Shown: positions 44,241 to 54,979 of the stretch, piece after piece | How the letters are laid out: each line of letters opens with the position of its first letter | Numbering within the stretch: position 1 is the stretch's first letter | From: Deltaproteobacteria bacterium | Lineage (GTDB): Bacteria > Myxococcota > Kuafuiibacteriia > Kuafuiibacteriales > Kuafuiibacteriaceae | Assembly: GCA_040218735.1 (NCBI GenBank) | Contig: JAVJQW010000041.1 | Location: forward strand, 407,801 to 471,800 | Length of the DNA: 64,000 bases | Reading direction: 5' to 3' | Translations under genes and position numbers: made by a program | Notes under the pieces: generated by a model | Databases searched by the model: none | What the model was told of the DNA's origin: nothing | The model's input: only the letters and a program-made list of their open reading frames with translations

Positions 44241-45554
44241 CTACCGCTTCTCGTCGCCCTTACGCACCTCGATGGCGCGGGCGTGCGCTTCGAGCCCCTC
44301 GGCGCGGGCGAGCGTCGCTGCGTCGGGGCCCAGGCGGGCGAGGGCGGAGGCGTCGAGGTCCAGCACGTTCATGCGGCGGACGAAGTCGTGCACCGACAGC
44401 GGCGAGCCGAAGCGCGCCGCGCCGCCGGTGGGGAGCACGTGGTTCGAGCCTGCGTTGTAGTCACCGAGCGCCTCCGGGGCGTGGTGGCCGAGGAAGACGG
44501 CGCCCGCGTTCTCGACGCGGTCGAGCGACGCGCGCGGGTCGGCGGTCGCGAGCCCGAGGTGCTCGGGGGCGTACGCGTTCATCAACGCGTATGCTTCGTC
44601 GGCGTCCCGGGCGAGGATGACGCCGCCGCGGTTCGCGAGGGCCTGCGAGGCTTGCTCGTGGCGCGGCAGCTCCGCGACCTGGCGGTTCGCGGCCTTCGCG
44701 GCCTGTTCGGCGATCCGCGGATCCCACGTCACGAGGATCGCGGCGGCGCGGACGTCGTGCTCGGCCTGCGCGAGCAGGTCCGCGGCGAGCACCTCGGGGT
44801 CGGCGGAGTCGTCCGCGACGATCAGCACCTCGGAGGGGCCCGCGATCTCGTCGATGTCGACGAACCCGAACACCTGCCGCTTCGCCTCCGCGACCCACGC
44901 GTTCCCGGGGCCGACGATCTTGTCGACGGCCGGCACCGTCTCGGTCCCGAACGCGAGCGCGGCCACCGCCTGCGCACCGCCGATCGTGAACAATCGATCC
45001 ACACCCGCGAGGTGCGCCGCGGCGAGCACGATGTCCGCGACCTCACCGCCCCCCGCGGGCGACACCATGATGACCTCGTCGACGCCCGCGACCTTGGCGG
45101 GGATCGCGTTCATCAACACGGTGGACGGGTACGTCGCGGTGCCGCCGGGCACGTAGATCCCGACGCGCGCGAGCGGGCGCACGACCAGCTCGATCGTGGC
45201 GCCCGGCTCCTCCATCCTTGCGTCCGCGAGCTGCGCCGCTTGTGTCTCGTGGAACCGACGAATGCGCTCCGCCGCGCGCTCCAGGGCGCCGCGCAGCTCG
45301 GCGTCCAGGCGGTCGTAACCCGCGCGCATCGCGTCGCGATCGATCTCCAGGTCCGCGGCGGTGACGTCGGGCCGACGGTCGAAGCGCGCCGTCAGCGTGA
45401 CGAGCGCGGCGTCCTTGCGGAACCGCACCTGGTCGACGATCGAGCGCGTCGACTCCTCGACCCGCGAGGTGTCTGCGTCGTCGCGCCGCGCGAGCAAGCG
45501 CGTCCAGGTCGTCGCGAAGTCGTCGTCGGTGGTGCGGAAGATCGGTGTGCTCAT
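44241..45554 (-). CDS. hisD: Histidinol dehydrogenase HisD
   Basis: YVPGG..YPSTVLM, KIVGPGN, AGPSEV, QAEHD, APEHL, GSNHVLPT. Confidence 0.97.
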   Translation of the reverse strand: MSTPIFRTTDDDFATTWTRLLARRDDADTSRVEESTRSIVDQVRFRKDAALVTLTARFDRRPDVTAADLEIDRDAMRAGYDRLDAELRGALERAAERIRRFHETQAAQLADARMEEPGATIELVVRPLARVGIYVPGGTATYPSTVLMNAIPAKVAGVDEVIMVSPAGGGEVADIVLAAAHLAGVDRLFTIGGAQAVAALAFGTETVPAVDKIVGPGNAWVAEAKRQVFGFVDIDEIAGPSEVLIVADDSADPEVLAADLLAQAEHDVRAAAILVTWDPRIAEQAAKAANRQVAELPRHEQASQALANRGGVILARDADEAYALMNAYAPEHLGLATADPRASLDRVENAGAVFLGHHAPEALGDYNAGSNHVLPTGGAARFGSPLSVHDFVRRMNVLDLDASALARLGPDAATLARAEGLEAHARAIEVRKGDEKR

Positions 45555-45555
45555 C

Positions 45556-46197
45556 CTACGAAGCCTCCGGCGCCGTGCGCAGTCGGTTCTGCAGCGTGCG
45601 AACGCGTTGCATCGACAGGTGCATCGCGGCGCGATTCACGATCAGGCGCGCGCTCACTTCGAAGACGTCGGCGTGCACGACCAACCCGTTCTGCCGGAGG
45701 GTCTCGCCGGTCTCGACGAGGTCCACGATCGCGTCCGCCAACCCCACGAGCGGCGCGACCTCGATCGCCCCCGAAAGCTTGATGATCTCCGCGGGCGCCC
45801 CGCGCTGCAGGAAGAAGTCCGCCGCGACGCGCGGGTACTTGGTCGCCACGCGCGGCGTCTCGAGCGCGAGCGCGTCGACGTCCGGCTTCGCCGCGAGGCA
45901 CATCCGGCACTTGCCGAAGCCGAGGTCGAGCGGCGCGAGCACGTTCGGGCGCTGCTCCTTCAGCACGTCCGAACCGAGCACACCCAACGCGCACACGCCG
46001 TGCTCGACGTACGCACCGACGTCGGACGCACGAATGATCAACACCTCGACCTCGCCGATGCCGTCGAGCGTCGTCGGCTGCAGCAGCTTGCGTGCCTTCG
46101 GCGAGACCCCCTCCAACGGGATGCCCGCGCGCTCGAAGAGGTCCGCCGCGTGGTCGAAGAGCCGACCCTTCGGGAGACCGATGCGCAGCGGCGTCAC
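45556..46197 (-). CDS. hisG: ATP phosphoribosyltransferase HisG, short form
   Basis: LPKGRL, DLGFGKC, VATKYP, DAIVDLVETGETLRQNGL; ~213 aa, lacks the C-terminal regulatory domain. Confidence 0.95.
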   Translation of the reverse strand: MTPLRIGLPKGRLFDHAADLFERAGIPLEGVSPKARKLLQPTTLDGIGEVEVLIIRASDVGAYVEHGVCALGVLGSDVLKEQRPNVLAPLDLGFGKCRMCLAAKPDVDALALETPRVATKYPRVAADFFLQRGAPAEIIKLSGAIEVAPLVGLADAIVDLVETGETLRQNGLVVHADVFEVSARLIVNRAAMHLSMQRVRTLQNRLRTAPEAS

Positions 46198-47059
46198 GGC
46201 CGCCGCCCCCACGTGACACGTTCGTGGCCGCCGGGGTCACGAACCGTCGCGACGTCGACGAACGCCGAGAGCATCCCTCGGATCCGCTTGTGCTGATCGT
46301 AGCCGGCCTCCAGCGCGAACACGCCGCCCGGCGCGAGGCGCTCCGGCGCCTGCTCGACGAGCCGACGCACGAGGTCGAGGCCGTCGTCTCCGCCGTCGAG
46401 CGCGAGCGAGGGCTCGTGGTCCCGGACGTCGGCCATCAGCTTCGCGATGTCGGCGCTCGGGATGTACGGCGGGTTCGAGACGAGGAGGTCGATCGGTGGG
46501 ACGTTGTGCGGGAGCGCGTGGAGCAGGTCACTCGCGAGGATCGTCACGCGGTCGCTCATGCCGTGTTTTTCGACGTTGCGCTCCGCGACGGTGCGCGCGG
46601 CCTCGGAGATGTCGAGCGCCCAGACCTTCGCGTCGGGGTGCTCCTTCGCGATCGCGATCGCGACACACCCGGTGCCGGTCCCCACGTCGACGATCGTCTT
46701 CACGTCCCGCCCGCGCGCCGCGTCGAGCGCGACCTCCACGAGGGTCTCGGTGTCGGGGCGCGGGACGAGGGTGTCGCGCGTGACTTCGAAGTCGAGGCTC
46801 CAGAACTCTCGCGACCCGGTGAGGTGCGCGATGGGTTCGGCGTTCGCGCGGCGCGCGACGAGGTTGCGGATCTTCGCGAGCTCCTCGGGCACGAGCGGCT
46901 GGTCGTACTTGGCGTAGAGCATCACGCGCTTCAGCCCGAGCGCGTGCGCGATCAGGACCTCGGCGTCGAGGCGCGGCGAAGCGAGGCCCTTCTTCTCGAA
47001 GTGCCCGCGCGTCCAGTCGAGCACCTCGAGGATCGACCATCGCTTTGTGCGTTCGCCCG

Positions 47060-47063
<4 letters not shown>
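46194..47063 (-). CDS. prmC: Release factor glutamine methyltransferase PrmC
   Basis: LVPRPDTE, DVGTGTGC, SNPPY, ALDGG; follows prfA. Confidence 0.96.
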
Positions 47064-48139
<1,076 letters not shown>

Positions 48140-48193
48140 GGGGCTCCTGATTCGGTCGGAAGGGAAGGGGGCGGTGTGGCGACGTGAAGGTCG

Positions 48194-49255
48194 CTAACGC
48201 CCGGTGTCGATCGCCGCAGCCAGCTCGCCGTAGCTTCCGAACACGGCGACGTGGCCGCCGACCGGCTGGGCGTCCTTGATGGCCTTCGCGGCGGCGACGT
48301 CGACGTCGACCAACGACGCCTCGCGCGCGAGCGCGGCCTGCATCGCGGCGAGCGCGATCTCGAGTTGGTCGTCGCTCGGCTCCTTGGTCGTGAGCTTCTG
48401 CATCAGGCGACCGGGGACGACGAGCAGCTGCACCCAGAGCTGCTCCGGGTGGCGCGCTGCGAAGCGATTGATCTCGTACGCGAACCCCGACAGCGGGATC
48501 ATCAGCGGCACCTTGATGAGGATCATCGCGAGGTGGTTCACCACCGTGATGTCCGAGACGGTGGGGATGAACGGGAACACCACCGCGAACATGAAGATCG
48601 AGAGGACGAGCACGAACAGGATGAAGCTCGTGCCGCAGCGTGCGTGGAACGTGGGGAAGGCGCGCGCGTTGTCGATCGTGAGCGGCAGCTCGTTTTCGTA
48701 GACGTTCACGACCTTGTGCTCGGCGCCGTGGTACTCGAACACCCGGCGGATCTCGGGGATCAGTGAGATCGCCGATATGTAGCCGACGAAGATCGCCAGC
48801 TTGAACAGCCCATCGAGCAGGTGGAAGAGGAAGCTGTCGAGGCCGAGCTCGGCGCCCGCGAGCTCACCGGTGCCCCACGCGAGCAGGTGCGGCAGTCCGA
48901 CGAACAGACCGATCGCCAGCGCGAACGAAAACGCCATGGTGAGCGCGTTGCTCCCGCCGCTCGAGGTGTCTTCCGTCGGGTCCGGTGGTTCTTCGCCGTC
49001 GAGCATCGCGTGCGACGCGGCGAAGTTGAGGGCCTGCAGGCCGTTGTAGAGGGACTCGACGAGGACCACCGAGCCGCGCAGCAGCGGCCAGCGGAGGAAC
49101 TTCAGGTGCTCCCAGATCGATATCCACGCGTCCTCGCGGACGACGATGGATCCGTCTGGCCGGCGCACGGCGATCGCCATCGAGCGTGGGGCGCGCATCA
49201 TGACGCCCTCGATGACCGCCTGGCCGCCGACGTAGGGCTTGTCGGGAGCGCTCAC
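48194..49255 (-). CDS. DUF1385-family membrane protein
   Basis: [30 protein letters not shown]; usual position between rpmE and prfA. Confidence 0.92.
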   Translation of the reverse strand: MSAPDKPYVGGQAVIEGVMMRAPRSMAIAVRRPDGSIVVREDAWISIWEHLKFLRWPLLRGSVVLVESLYNGLQALNFAASHAMLDGEEPPDPTEDTSSGGSNALTMAFSFALAIGLFVGLPHLLAWGTGELAGAELGLDSFLFHLLDGLFKLAIFVGYISAISLIPEIRRVFEYHGAEHKVVNVYENELPLTIDNARAFPTFHARCGTSFILFVLVLSIFMFAVVFPFIPTVSDITVVNHLAMILIKVPLMIPLSGFAYEINRFAARHPEQLWVQLLVVPGRLMQKLTTKEPSDDQLEIALAAMQAALAREASLVDVDVAAAKAIKDAQPVGGHVAVFGSYGELAAAIDTGR

Positions 49256-49266
49256 GCCAGAGGACT

Positions 49267-49467
49267 TCAGCCGCGCTTGTACTTCTTGTTGAACTTCTCG
49301 ACGCGACCGGCCTGCGTCACGCGCTTCTGCTTACCCGTGTAGAACGGGTGGCACGCGTTGCAGATGTCGACCTTGAAGTCGCCCTTGGTCGAGGCGGTCT
49401 CGATCGTGTTGCCACAGGCGCAGCTCACCGTGGATCCAACGTACTGGGGGTGGATGTTTTCCTTCAT
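49267..49467 (-). CDS. rpmE: 50S ribosomal protein L31 (Zn-binding form)
   Basis: MKENIHPQY...CACGN...[15 protein letters not shown]...GRVEKF. Confidence 0.97.
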   Translation of the reverse strand: MKENIHPQYVGSTVSCACGNTIETASTKGDFKVDICNACHPFYTGKQKRVTQAGRVEKFNKKYKRG

Positions 49468-49558
49468 GATGTCCTCGCTCCTCGGGCAGCGTTCAAGAAC
49501 GCGGACCCTGTGCCGACGATTCCCGCCAGTCAAGCGGGAAGGTGCCCCCGAGGCAAGC

Positions 49559-49969
49559 TCAAGGGGCGGCCACGACGATTCGGATCGGCGAGACCTCCCG
49601 ATCGAACACCTGCTGGTTCTCGGCGCAGCCGGTCCCCACGATCGTGTTGTCGGTGTCGAGCGCGTCCACCAGCACCGAATAGGTGCCTACGGGGATGTCC
49701 GTACGCCGGATGAGTACGCCCGCCTCCCGGCCCTCGGCGCTCAGCGGCGCGGCGAAGGGCCCGAGCTGCGCGCGCGCGCGCGGGAGCGTGGTCCTCAGGT
49801 CCATACAGGTCTGCTTGGCGCCGTAGAAGTACAGCGCGAGCTTCGAGGCGTCCTCGAGGAGGGCCTGCTCCGCGAAGCGGATCTCCATCACCGGCGCGTC
49901 GGGCTCTCCGCCGCACGCGACGAGTGCCGTCAGAACGAGACCAGCGGCAACACACGCACTTCGGTGCAT
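49559..49969 (-). CDS. Small hypothetical lipoprotein
   Basis: [19 protein letters not shown] lipobox; beta-rich. Confidence 0.7.
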   Translation of the reverse strand: MHRSACVAAGLVLTALVACGGEPDAPVMEIRFAEQALLEDASKLALYFYGAKQTCMDLRTTLPRARAQLGPFAAPLSAEGREAGVLIRRTDIPVGTYSVLVDALDTDNTIVGTGCAENQQVFDREVSPIRIVVAAP

Positions 49970-51222
49970 CCGAACCCCTCCTCCGCGTCGCAGTCGGCCG
50001 GCGCCCCGGCGAGCAGGACGGCGGCGATCGTCACCCCCGTCACGATGATGGCCCCGCCGACCACGAGCAAGACGACCTCCGTGGTGCCGAGCCCCGAGCT
50101 CGCCGCCTCCACCTTCGTCGCTGCGGGCACCTGTCCGCCGGGCGGGGGCGGGGGCGGCACACCCATCGCGACCGACGACGTCGAGGTCGTCGGCGGTGGC
50201 GGTGGGGCGGACGGTGGCGGCGCGGTGCTCGCCGACCACGCCTCCGCGAGCGGGGGCGGTGGCTCCGTGGTGGTCAGGACCATCGGCTCACGCTCCGAGC
50301 CCGCCGCGGCGATGACCTTTCGGCGACGCTTCGCCTGAACGAAGTACTCCAGCCGCGGCCGGTCCAGCGTGAACGTGTGCGTCGAGACCGTCCCGGTCCG
50401 GACGAGCTTCGCCGCGTTGAAGCCGCCCGACTGCGCGCGCCGCACGAACAGCTTCAGCCGCGCACGCCGCGGGAGGTTCCCGCTCGACACGATGAGCTCC
50501 ACCTTCCGGCCCGGCGCGACCTCCCCGACGATCCGGGTGTCGATCCACGGGCCCGACCGGGCGGGGGGCGCCTTCGGCGGGGCCTCGGGCGGCGGCGCCT
50601 TCGGCGGCGGGGCCTTCGGCGGCGGCGCCTTGGGCGGTGGACGCCGCGGCGGCGGACGTTTGGGCGGCGGCGGCGTCACGCGCTTGGGCGGCGGCGGCGG
50701 CGGCGTCACGCGCTTGGGCGGCGGCGGCGGCGGCGTCACGCGCTTGGGCGGCGGCGGCGGCGGCGGAGGAGGTGGAGGTGGCGGCGGCGGCTCGGGGGGC
50801 GGCGGCGGCGCGGTCTCCGTCTTCCCGGGCACGGGCGCGTTCGCGCGCGCGCGGTCCAGCGCCTCGCGGATCTTCGGCGAGGTGGACTTGGAGAGCCGGA
50901 CGCGGCGGTCCCACCGGACGGCCTCCAGGAAGGCCTCGTCGGTGCCGACCATGTCGCCGAGCTCGGCCCGCGCGCGGCCGAGGAGGGCCCACAGCTGAGC
51001 CTTCGACGCGGGCGACGCGCGACGGAAGCGCGGGTTGCGCACGCTCGACTCCAGCAGCTCGCGCCCCCGTTCATATTCGAGTTTGTCGAGGAGACGCTGC
51101 GCGCGCCGGCAGATCGTCTGGACCTCCTTCGTCGCCTTGCGGCTCGGGGCCGCGGTCGCGGGGAGCGCGAACGTGAGCGCGAGGGCGAGGGCCGTCGCGA
51201 GGACGCGGGCGACGAACGCCAT
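49930..51222 (-). CDS. Secreted TPR-like, proline-rich protein with C-terminal hydrophobic segment
   Basis: Signal peptide from ATG 51222, helical N-domain, long polyproline linker, beta domain, TM-like helix near the C-terminus. Confidence 0.75.
   Translation of the reverse strand: MAFVARVLATALALALTFALPATAAPSRKATKEVQTICRRAQRLLDKLEYERGRELLESSVRNPRFRRASPASKAQLWALLGRARAELGDMVGTDEAFLEAVRWDRRVRLSKSTSPKIREALDRARANAPVPGKTETAPPPPPEPPPPPPPPPPPPPPPKRVTPPPPPPKRVTPPPPPPKRVTPPPPKRPPPRRPPPKAPPPKAPPPKAPPPEAPPKAPPARSGPWIDTRIVGEVAPGRKVELIVSSGNLPRRARLKLFVRRAQSGGFNAAKLVRTGTVSTHTFTLDRPRLEYFVQAKRRRKVIAAAGSEREPMVLTTTEPPPPLAEAWSASTAPPPSAPPPPPTTSTSSVAMGVPPPPPPGGQVPAATKVEAASSGLGTTEVVLLVVGGAIIVTGVTIAAVLLAGAPADCDAEEGFGCTEVRVLPLVSF
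50671..50760 (-). repeat. Perfect 30-nt tandem repeat x3 (PPPPPKRVTP)
   Basis: cggcgtcacgcgcttgggcggcggcggcgg three times in a row. Confidence 0.92.
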
Positions 51223-51230
51223 GCCGGCGA

Positions 51231-52508
51231 CTACCCCGGGCTCCCGGTCGGCGGGAGGGCGGTGGTCGCGGTGAAGGTGCCTTCGATCGTGGCCGTACGG
51301 TTCACGACGCCGAGGATCTGCGCTTCGTTCAGGCGTCGCGCGCTGAACACCGCGGTCACGGTGCCCGCTCCGCCGGGGGCCTTCGCGGCGTAGGGGATCG
51401 GCACCGACTTCACCCGCGAGCCGAAGGGCACGCTCAAGCTCGTTCCCGCGGGCGTGACGAGCAGCGGCTCGGCCTTGCCGTTCGCGTCGACGAACGCGAG
51501 CGCAACCTCGGTTGCGTCCTGCGGCGCGGTGACCGCGATGCGGACCTCGCTCCCCGCGGCGCACGGCGAAGCGCAGGCGGCGGTCACGGCCGGGACGGGG
51601 TACGTGTCGTCGCCGTAGTACGGCAGCACGCCGAGGTACATCAGCAGCCACAGCCCGAACGCAACGGCGGCCACGGCGGCGGCCCACGCGGCGCGCGCGC
51701 CGAATGAGCGCGGCACGTCGATGTGGATCCGTCGCAGGATTTGGGTGCGCAAGCGCTCTTGCGTGACCGGGTGCAGGCTCGGATCCACGAGGCGATCCGA
51801 GAGCACGGCGTCGAGGCTCGCCGGGCCGAGGTCCAGGTGGTGGTGCACGCGCCGAATCGCGTGGCCGAGCTTTCGGCGCACGCGCATCTCGCGCTCCGTG
51901 ACGGCCGCGACGCCGCAGTCGAAGCCCTTCGCGATCTCTTCACGCGAGCGCCCGAGCACGAACCGCTCGTGGACGAGCTGCGTGCTGCGTTCGTCGAGGC
52001 CCCCGACGTAGTCGTCCTTGATGAGCCGCAGCGCCTCCGCGAGCTGCGTCCGCTCGACGCTCGTCGTCACCGCGGCGTCCGAGGGGCGCTGCCCGCCCGC
52101 GATCTCGGCGTCGAGATCCTCGACGCCCTCCGGCACCTCATGCCGGGCCTCGACGCTCTGAACGTCGACGAGGGTCCCGGCGCGTCGTGCGTGGCTCACG
52201 AGCGCCTCGCGCGACGCTCGCAGTACGGCGAGCTGTAGCGCGGCGGCCCCGTCGAGCCCCGGTCGATCCTCGGGGCCGAGGCAGCCAGCGACGACGTGCT
52301 CGATCACGTCCGCGGCTTCGTCCGCGTCCTCGATGCCCTGCACCCAGACCGGGACGCCGTCGTCCTGCGTGAGGAAGCCGCGGCCCGCCAGGCGCCAGAG
52401 CCAGGGGAGCACGACGTCGACCGCCTCGGCGATCGCGTCCATGTCGCCCCGCTGGAACGCTTCGACGCGCACGAAGTGTGAGGTAGCCCGCGCCGTGGAC
52501 GCCGTCAA
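51231..52508 (-). CDS. Sigma-70/ECF-like domain fused to a TM helix and an extracytoplasmic domain
   Basis: FQRGDMDAIAE...DEAADVIEHV (region 2-like); LDERSTQLVHERFVLGRSREEIAKGF...VTEREMRVRRKL (region 4-like); TM; beta-sandwich. Confidence 0.6.
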   Translation of the reverse strand: MTASTARATSHFVRVEAFQRGDMDAIAEAVDVVLPWLWRLAGRGFLTQDDGVPVWVQGIEDADEAADVIEHVVAGCLGPEDRPGLDGAAALQLAVLRASREALVSHARRAGTLVDVQSVEARHEVPEGVEDLDAEIAGGQRPSDAAVTTSVERTQLAEALRLIKDDYVGGLDERSTQLVHERFVLGRSREEIAKGFDCGVAAVTEREMRVRRKLGHAIRRVHHHLDLGPASLDAVLSDRLVDPSLHPVTQERLRTQILRRIHIDVPRSFGARAAWAAAVAAVAFGLWLLMYLGVLPYYGDDTYPVPAVTAACASPCAAGSEVRIAVTAPQDATEVALAFVDANGKAEPLLVTPAGTSLSVPFGSRVKSVPIPYAAKAPGGAGTVTAVFSARRLNEAQILGVVNRTATIEGTFTATTALPPTGSPG

Positions 52509-52509
52509 C

Positions 52510-52935
52510 TCAGCGCTTCTTGGCGTCGGCGCGCAGGTCCCACCACGACTTGGCGCCCGCGACCTTCTCCTTGTTGGCGACGGGGGTGAGGTCCCGGCTG
52601 CTCCCGAGGAGCGCCTTGGCGCGTGATTCGACCTGAGCGGACTCCACGACGGCTTCGAGCAGGAGGCCCTGCGCCTCCAGCGGAGCGCGGGCGATCTGCA
52701 CGAGCTCGATGAGGGTGTCGGCCGCGGCGCGAGCCCCCTTCTTCACCTCCAAGAAGAACGCGAACAGGACGATCTCGGCGACCGCGTCCTTCAGATCGGG
52801 GTGACCGAATCGCGCTTTCAGCGCGCCCTCGATCGCCGCGCGTCCATCCGGGGCGAATCCCAGCTGGCCGTCGACCTCCGCGAGCGCGTCGATCAGCGTG
52901 CCTTCGATCGCGTGCCGCTCGGTCGGGACGTTCAA
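52510..52935 (-). CDS. Hypothetical helical protein
   Basis: TTG start overlaps the upstream stop (TTGA); host-like codon usage. Confidence 0.6.
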   Translation of the reverse strand: MNVPTERHAIEGTLIDALAEVDGQLGFAPDGRAAIEGALKARFGHPDLKDAVAEIVLFAFFLEVKKGARAAADTLIELVQIARAPLEAQGLLLEAVVESAQVESRAKALLGSSRDLTPVANKEKVAGAKSWWDLRADAKKR

Positions 52936-53858
52936 GCGCTCCACCGGAAGACGCCGCGCATCCCGGCGCCGCCCTCGTACACGGTGGAGGCGACGTGGCC
53001 GTCCGCGAACATCACGTCCTGCGACGAGGCCGCCCCCATGTTCATCGCCGTCTCCCACCCGAAGGTGGTCGTGACCATCGCGCCGATGCGTCCGCGGTGG
53101 CTCGTGAAGGGCGCGTCCTTGATCTTCAGCAGCTGGGCGTCGCCGGGGAGCTGGCCCTTCGCGTTCGGGATCGCGATCGTCATGACGGACTCCAGCGGTG
53201 CGCCGTCCATGTGGGACTTCGTCTGGTGCCCGGCGATCGCCGCCGCTTCGTACCCGCGTAGGCCGTTGGCGCCCGGGTCGACCTGGTCGAAGCCGAGCGA
53301 CAGGCGGTTGTAGACGTAACCGCTGCCGCCGTCCCACTTCGCCTGGTCATCGGCGCCACGTTGGAACCGCTCGACGTGGGCCGACAGCTCGGGCGCCGCG
53401 CCGGTCATCGCGAGGCGTCGACCTCGCGCACCGATCTCGATCGACACGGCGCCGTTTCGGTCGCGCTCGATCTTCACGGGGACGTCGCGTCCGTTGGCGC
53501 CGTTCGTGATCAGCGCCTTCAGCTTCGCGCGGTCGGCGGCGGGCAGCTGCGTCGCGCCGTCGATGGCGTCCAGCGCGCTCTGGATCTGCGGCGTCACCGT
53601 TGCCTTGGCGGCGGGCGCCGCGCTGGTCGGCGGCGCGACCATCTCCAGCACGGCGAACAACCACCGGTTCTCCGGCTCGGCGAAGCGCTGCGTCATGTAG
53701 GCCGCGAGCTGCTCCTGCGCCTGCGGCGTGAACGCCTCGGTCATCGCGCGGTACTCGGCCTGGACGGTCCCTTTGTCGAGCGCGTTGGTCTGGGCCTTCG
53801 GGCCCAGCCGACTCACGAACGCGTCACCGGACTGTCGGACGAAGTCGTTGATCGCCAT
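52932..53858 (-). CDS. Hypothetical protein
   Basis: MAINDFVRQSG... from ATG 53858; strong GC3 bias; no recognised family. Confidence 0.7.
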   Translation of the reverse strand: MAINDFVRQSGDAFVSRLGPKAQTNALDKGTVQAEYRAMTEAFTPQAQEQLAAYMTQRFAEPENRWLFAVLEMVAPPTSAAPAAKATVTPQIQSALDAIDGATQLPAADRAKLKALITNGANGRDVPVKIERDRNGAVSIEIGARGRRLAMTGAAPELSAHVERFQRGADDQAKWDGGSGYVYNRLSLGFDQVDPGANGLRGYEAAAIAGHQTKSHMDGAPLESVMTIAIPNAKGQLPGDAQLLKIKDAPFTSHRGRIGAMVTTTFGWETAMNMGAASSQDVMFADGHVASTVYEGGAGMRGVFRWSA

Positions 53859-53911
53859 GACGTGGATCTCGATACCACAGACGTCGCCGACTGCGCTTCC
53901 GCCCGCGCGGG

Positions 53912-54979
53912 TCAGTCCAGCTCGGCGAGGATGGTCGCGACGTCCCGGGCCACCGGGTCCGGCTCCAACCCGAGCCGCTCCACCGTCCCCATCGCCGCGG
54001 CGAGCGCACGATCGACGGACGCGGTCAGGCCGTGTTCGTCGTCGACGAGGTCGAGCGTCGCCTTTTCGTTCGCGGCGACCACGGCCTCCACCATCGCGGG
54101 GTCCACGATGTCGTCGCCGCGCCCCTGCAGGACGTAGGTCGGGACCCGCAGCGGTGGCCGGCTCGGGTGGGTGCGCGCGTCGCGCAGGAGGTCGAACGAG
54201 AGGCGCTGCATCCCTTCGAGGCCGTAGTGCTCGACCTCGACGAACCCGCGCTCCTCCCACATCCGAACCGCGTGCCCGCCGTAACGCGCCTCGAAGCGCT
54301 CCGAGAAGTCGAACGCCGGCGCCATCAACACCAGCCCCTTCACCCGATCGTCGCGCGCCGCGAGGAGCGAAGCGAGGTACCCACCGAAGCTCGAGCCGAT
54401 CACCAACGTCCGCTCGCGCACGTGGCGCTTCGCGAGCGCGAGGGCGCGCGACACGGTGAGGTGTTCGAAGTCGTCCTCGTTGAGGTCGGGCACCGCGACG
54501 TGCAGCCCGCGCGCGCGGAGCGCCGGCACGATCGTCGCGGCCTTCTTCGACTGCGGGCTCGACGCGAAGCCGTGCAGGTACAGGACACCGTCGCGGCCCG
54601 ATCGATCCGGGAGCGTCGGCGCCATGACCTCGGCGGTGCCTCCGGTCGCGATGGTGTCCGCGGCTGCGAGCGCCCGCGCGAGGTCGGCTTCGAGGCGCAC
54701 GAGATCGATCCCCAACCAGGCCGAGGCGCCCTCGCGGATCTCCTGGACCTTGTCGAGCGCCTTCGCGAGGAGCTTGCAGGTCCCGACGGGGTTGCCGGTG
54801 TCGTGTTTGTACAGCCCCGCGGCGAGCTGGATGAGCGCCTGCAGCGTGAGTTTGCTGCGGCCGACTTCGTCGCGCCACGCGTCTTCCCACAGCTCGTGCG
54901 CTTCGAAGCGGTGCCCGGCGTTGTAGAGCGCGAGGCCTTCGTTGAGCTTTTCGTACGTCAGGTCTTCGTCGTCGTTCAT
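53912..54979 (-). CDS. DUF309 plus YqiA/YcfP-like esterase fusion
   Basis: FEAHELWEDAW...LQALIQLAAGLYKH (DUF309); YLHGFASSP, IGSSFGG, D(DIVD), H(EHGL). Confidence 0.85.
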   Translation of the reverse strand: MNDDEDLTYEKLNEGLALYNAGHRFEAHELWEDAWRDEVGRSKLTLQALIQLAAGLYKHDTGNPVGTCKLLAKALDKVQEIREGASAWLGIDLVRLEADLARALAAADTIATGGTAEVMAPTLPDRSGRDGVLYLHGFASSPQSKKAATIVPALRARGLHVAVPDLNEDDFEHLTVSRALALAKRHVRERTLVIGSSFGGYLASLLAARDDRVKGLVLMAPAFDFSERFEARYGGHAVRMWEERGFVEVEHYGLEGMQRLSFDLLRDARTHPSRPPLRVPTYVLQGRGDDIVDPAMVEAVVAANEKATLDLVDDEHGLTASVDRALAAAMGTVERLGLEPDPVARDVATILAELD

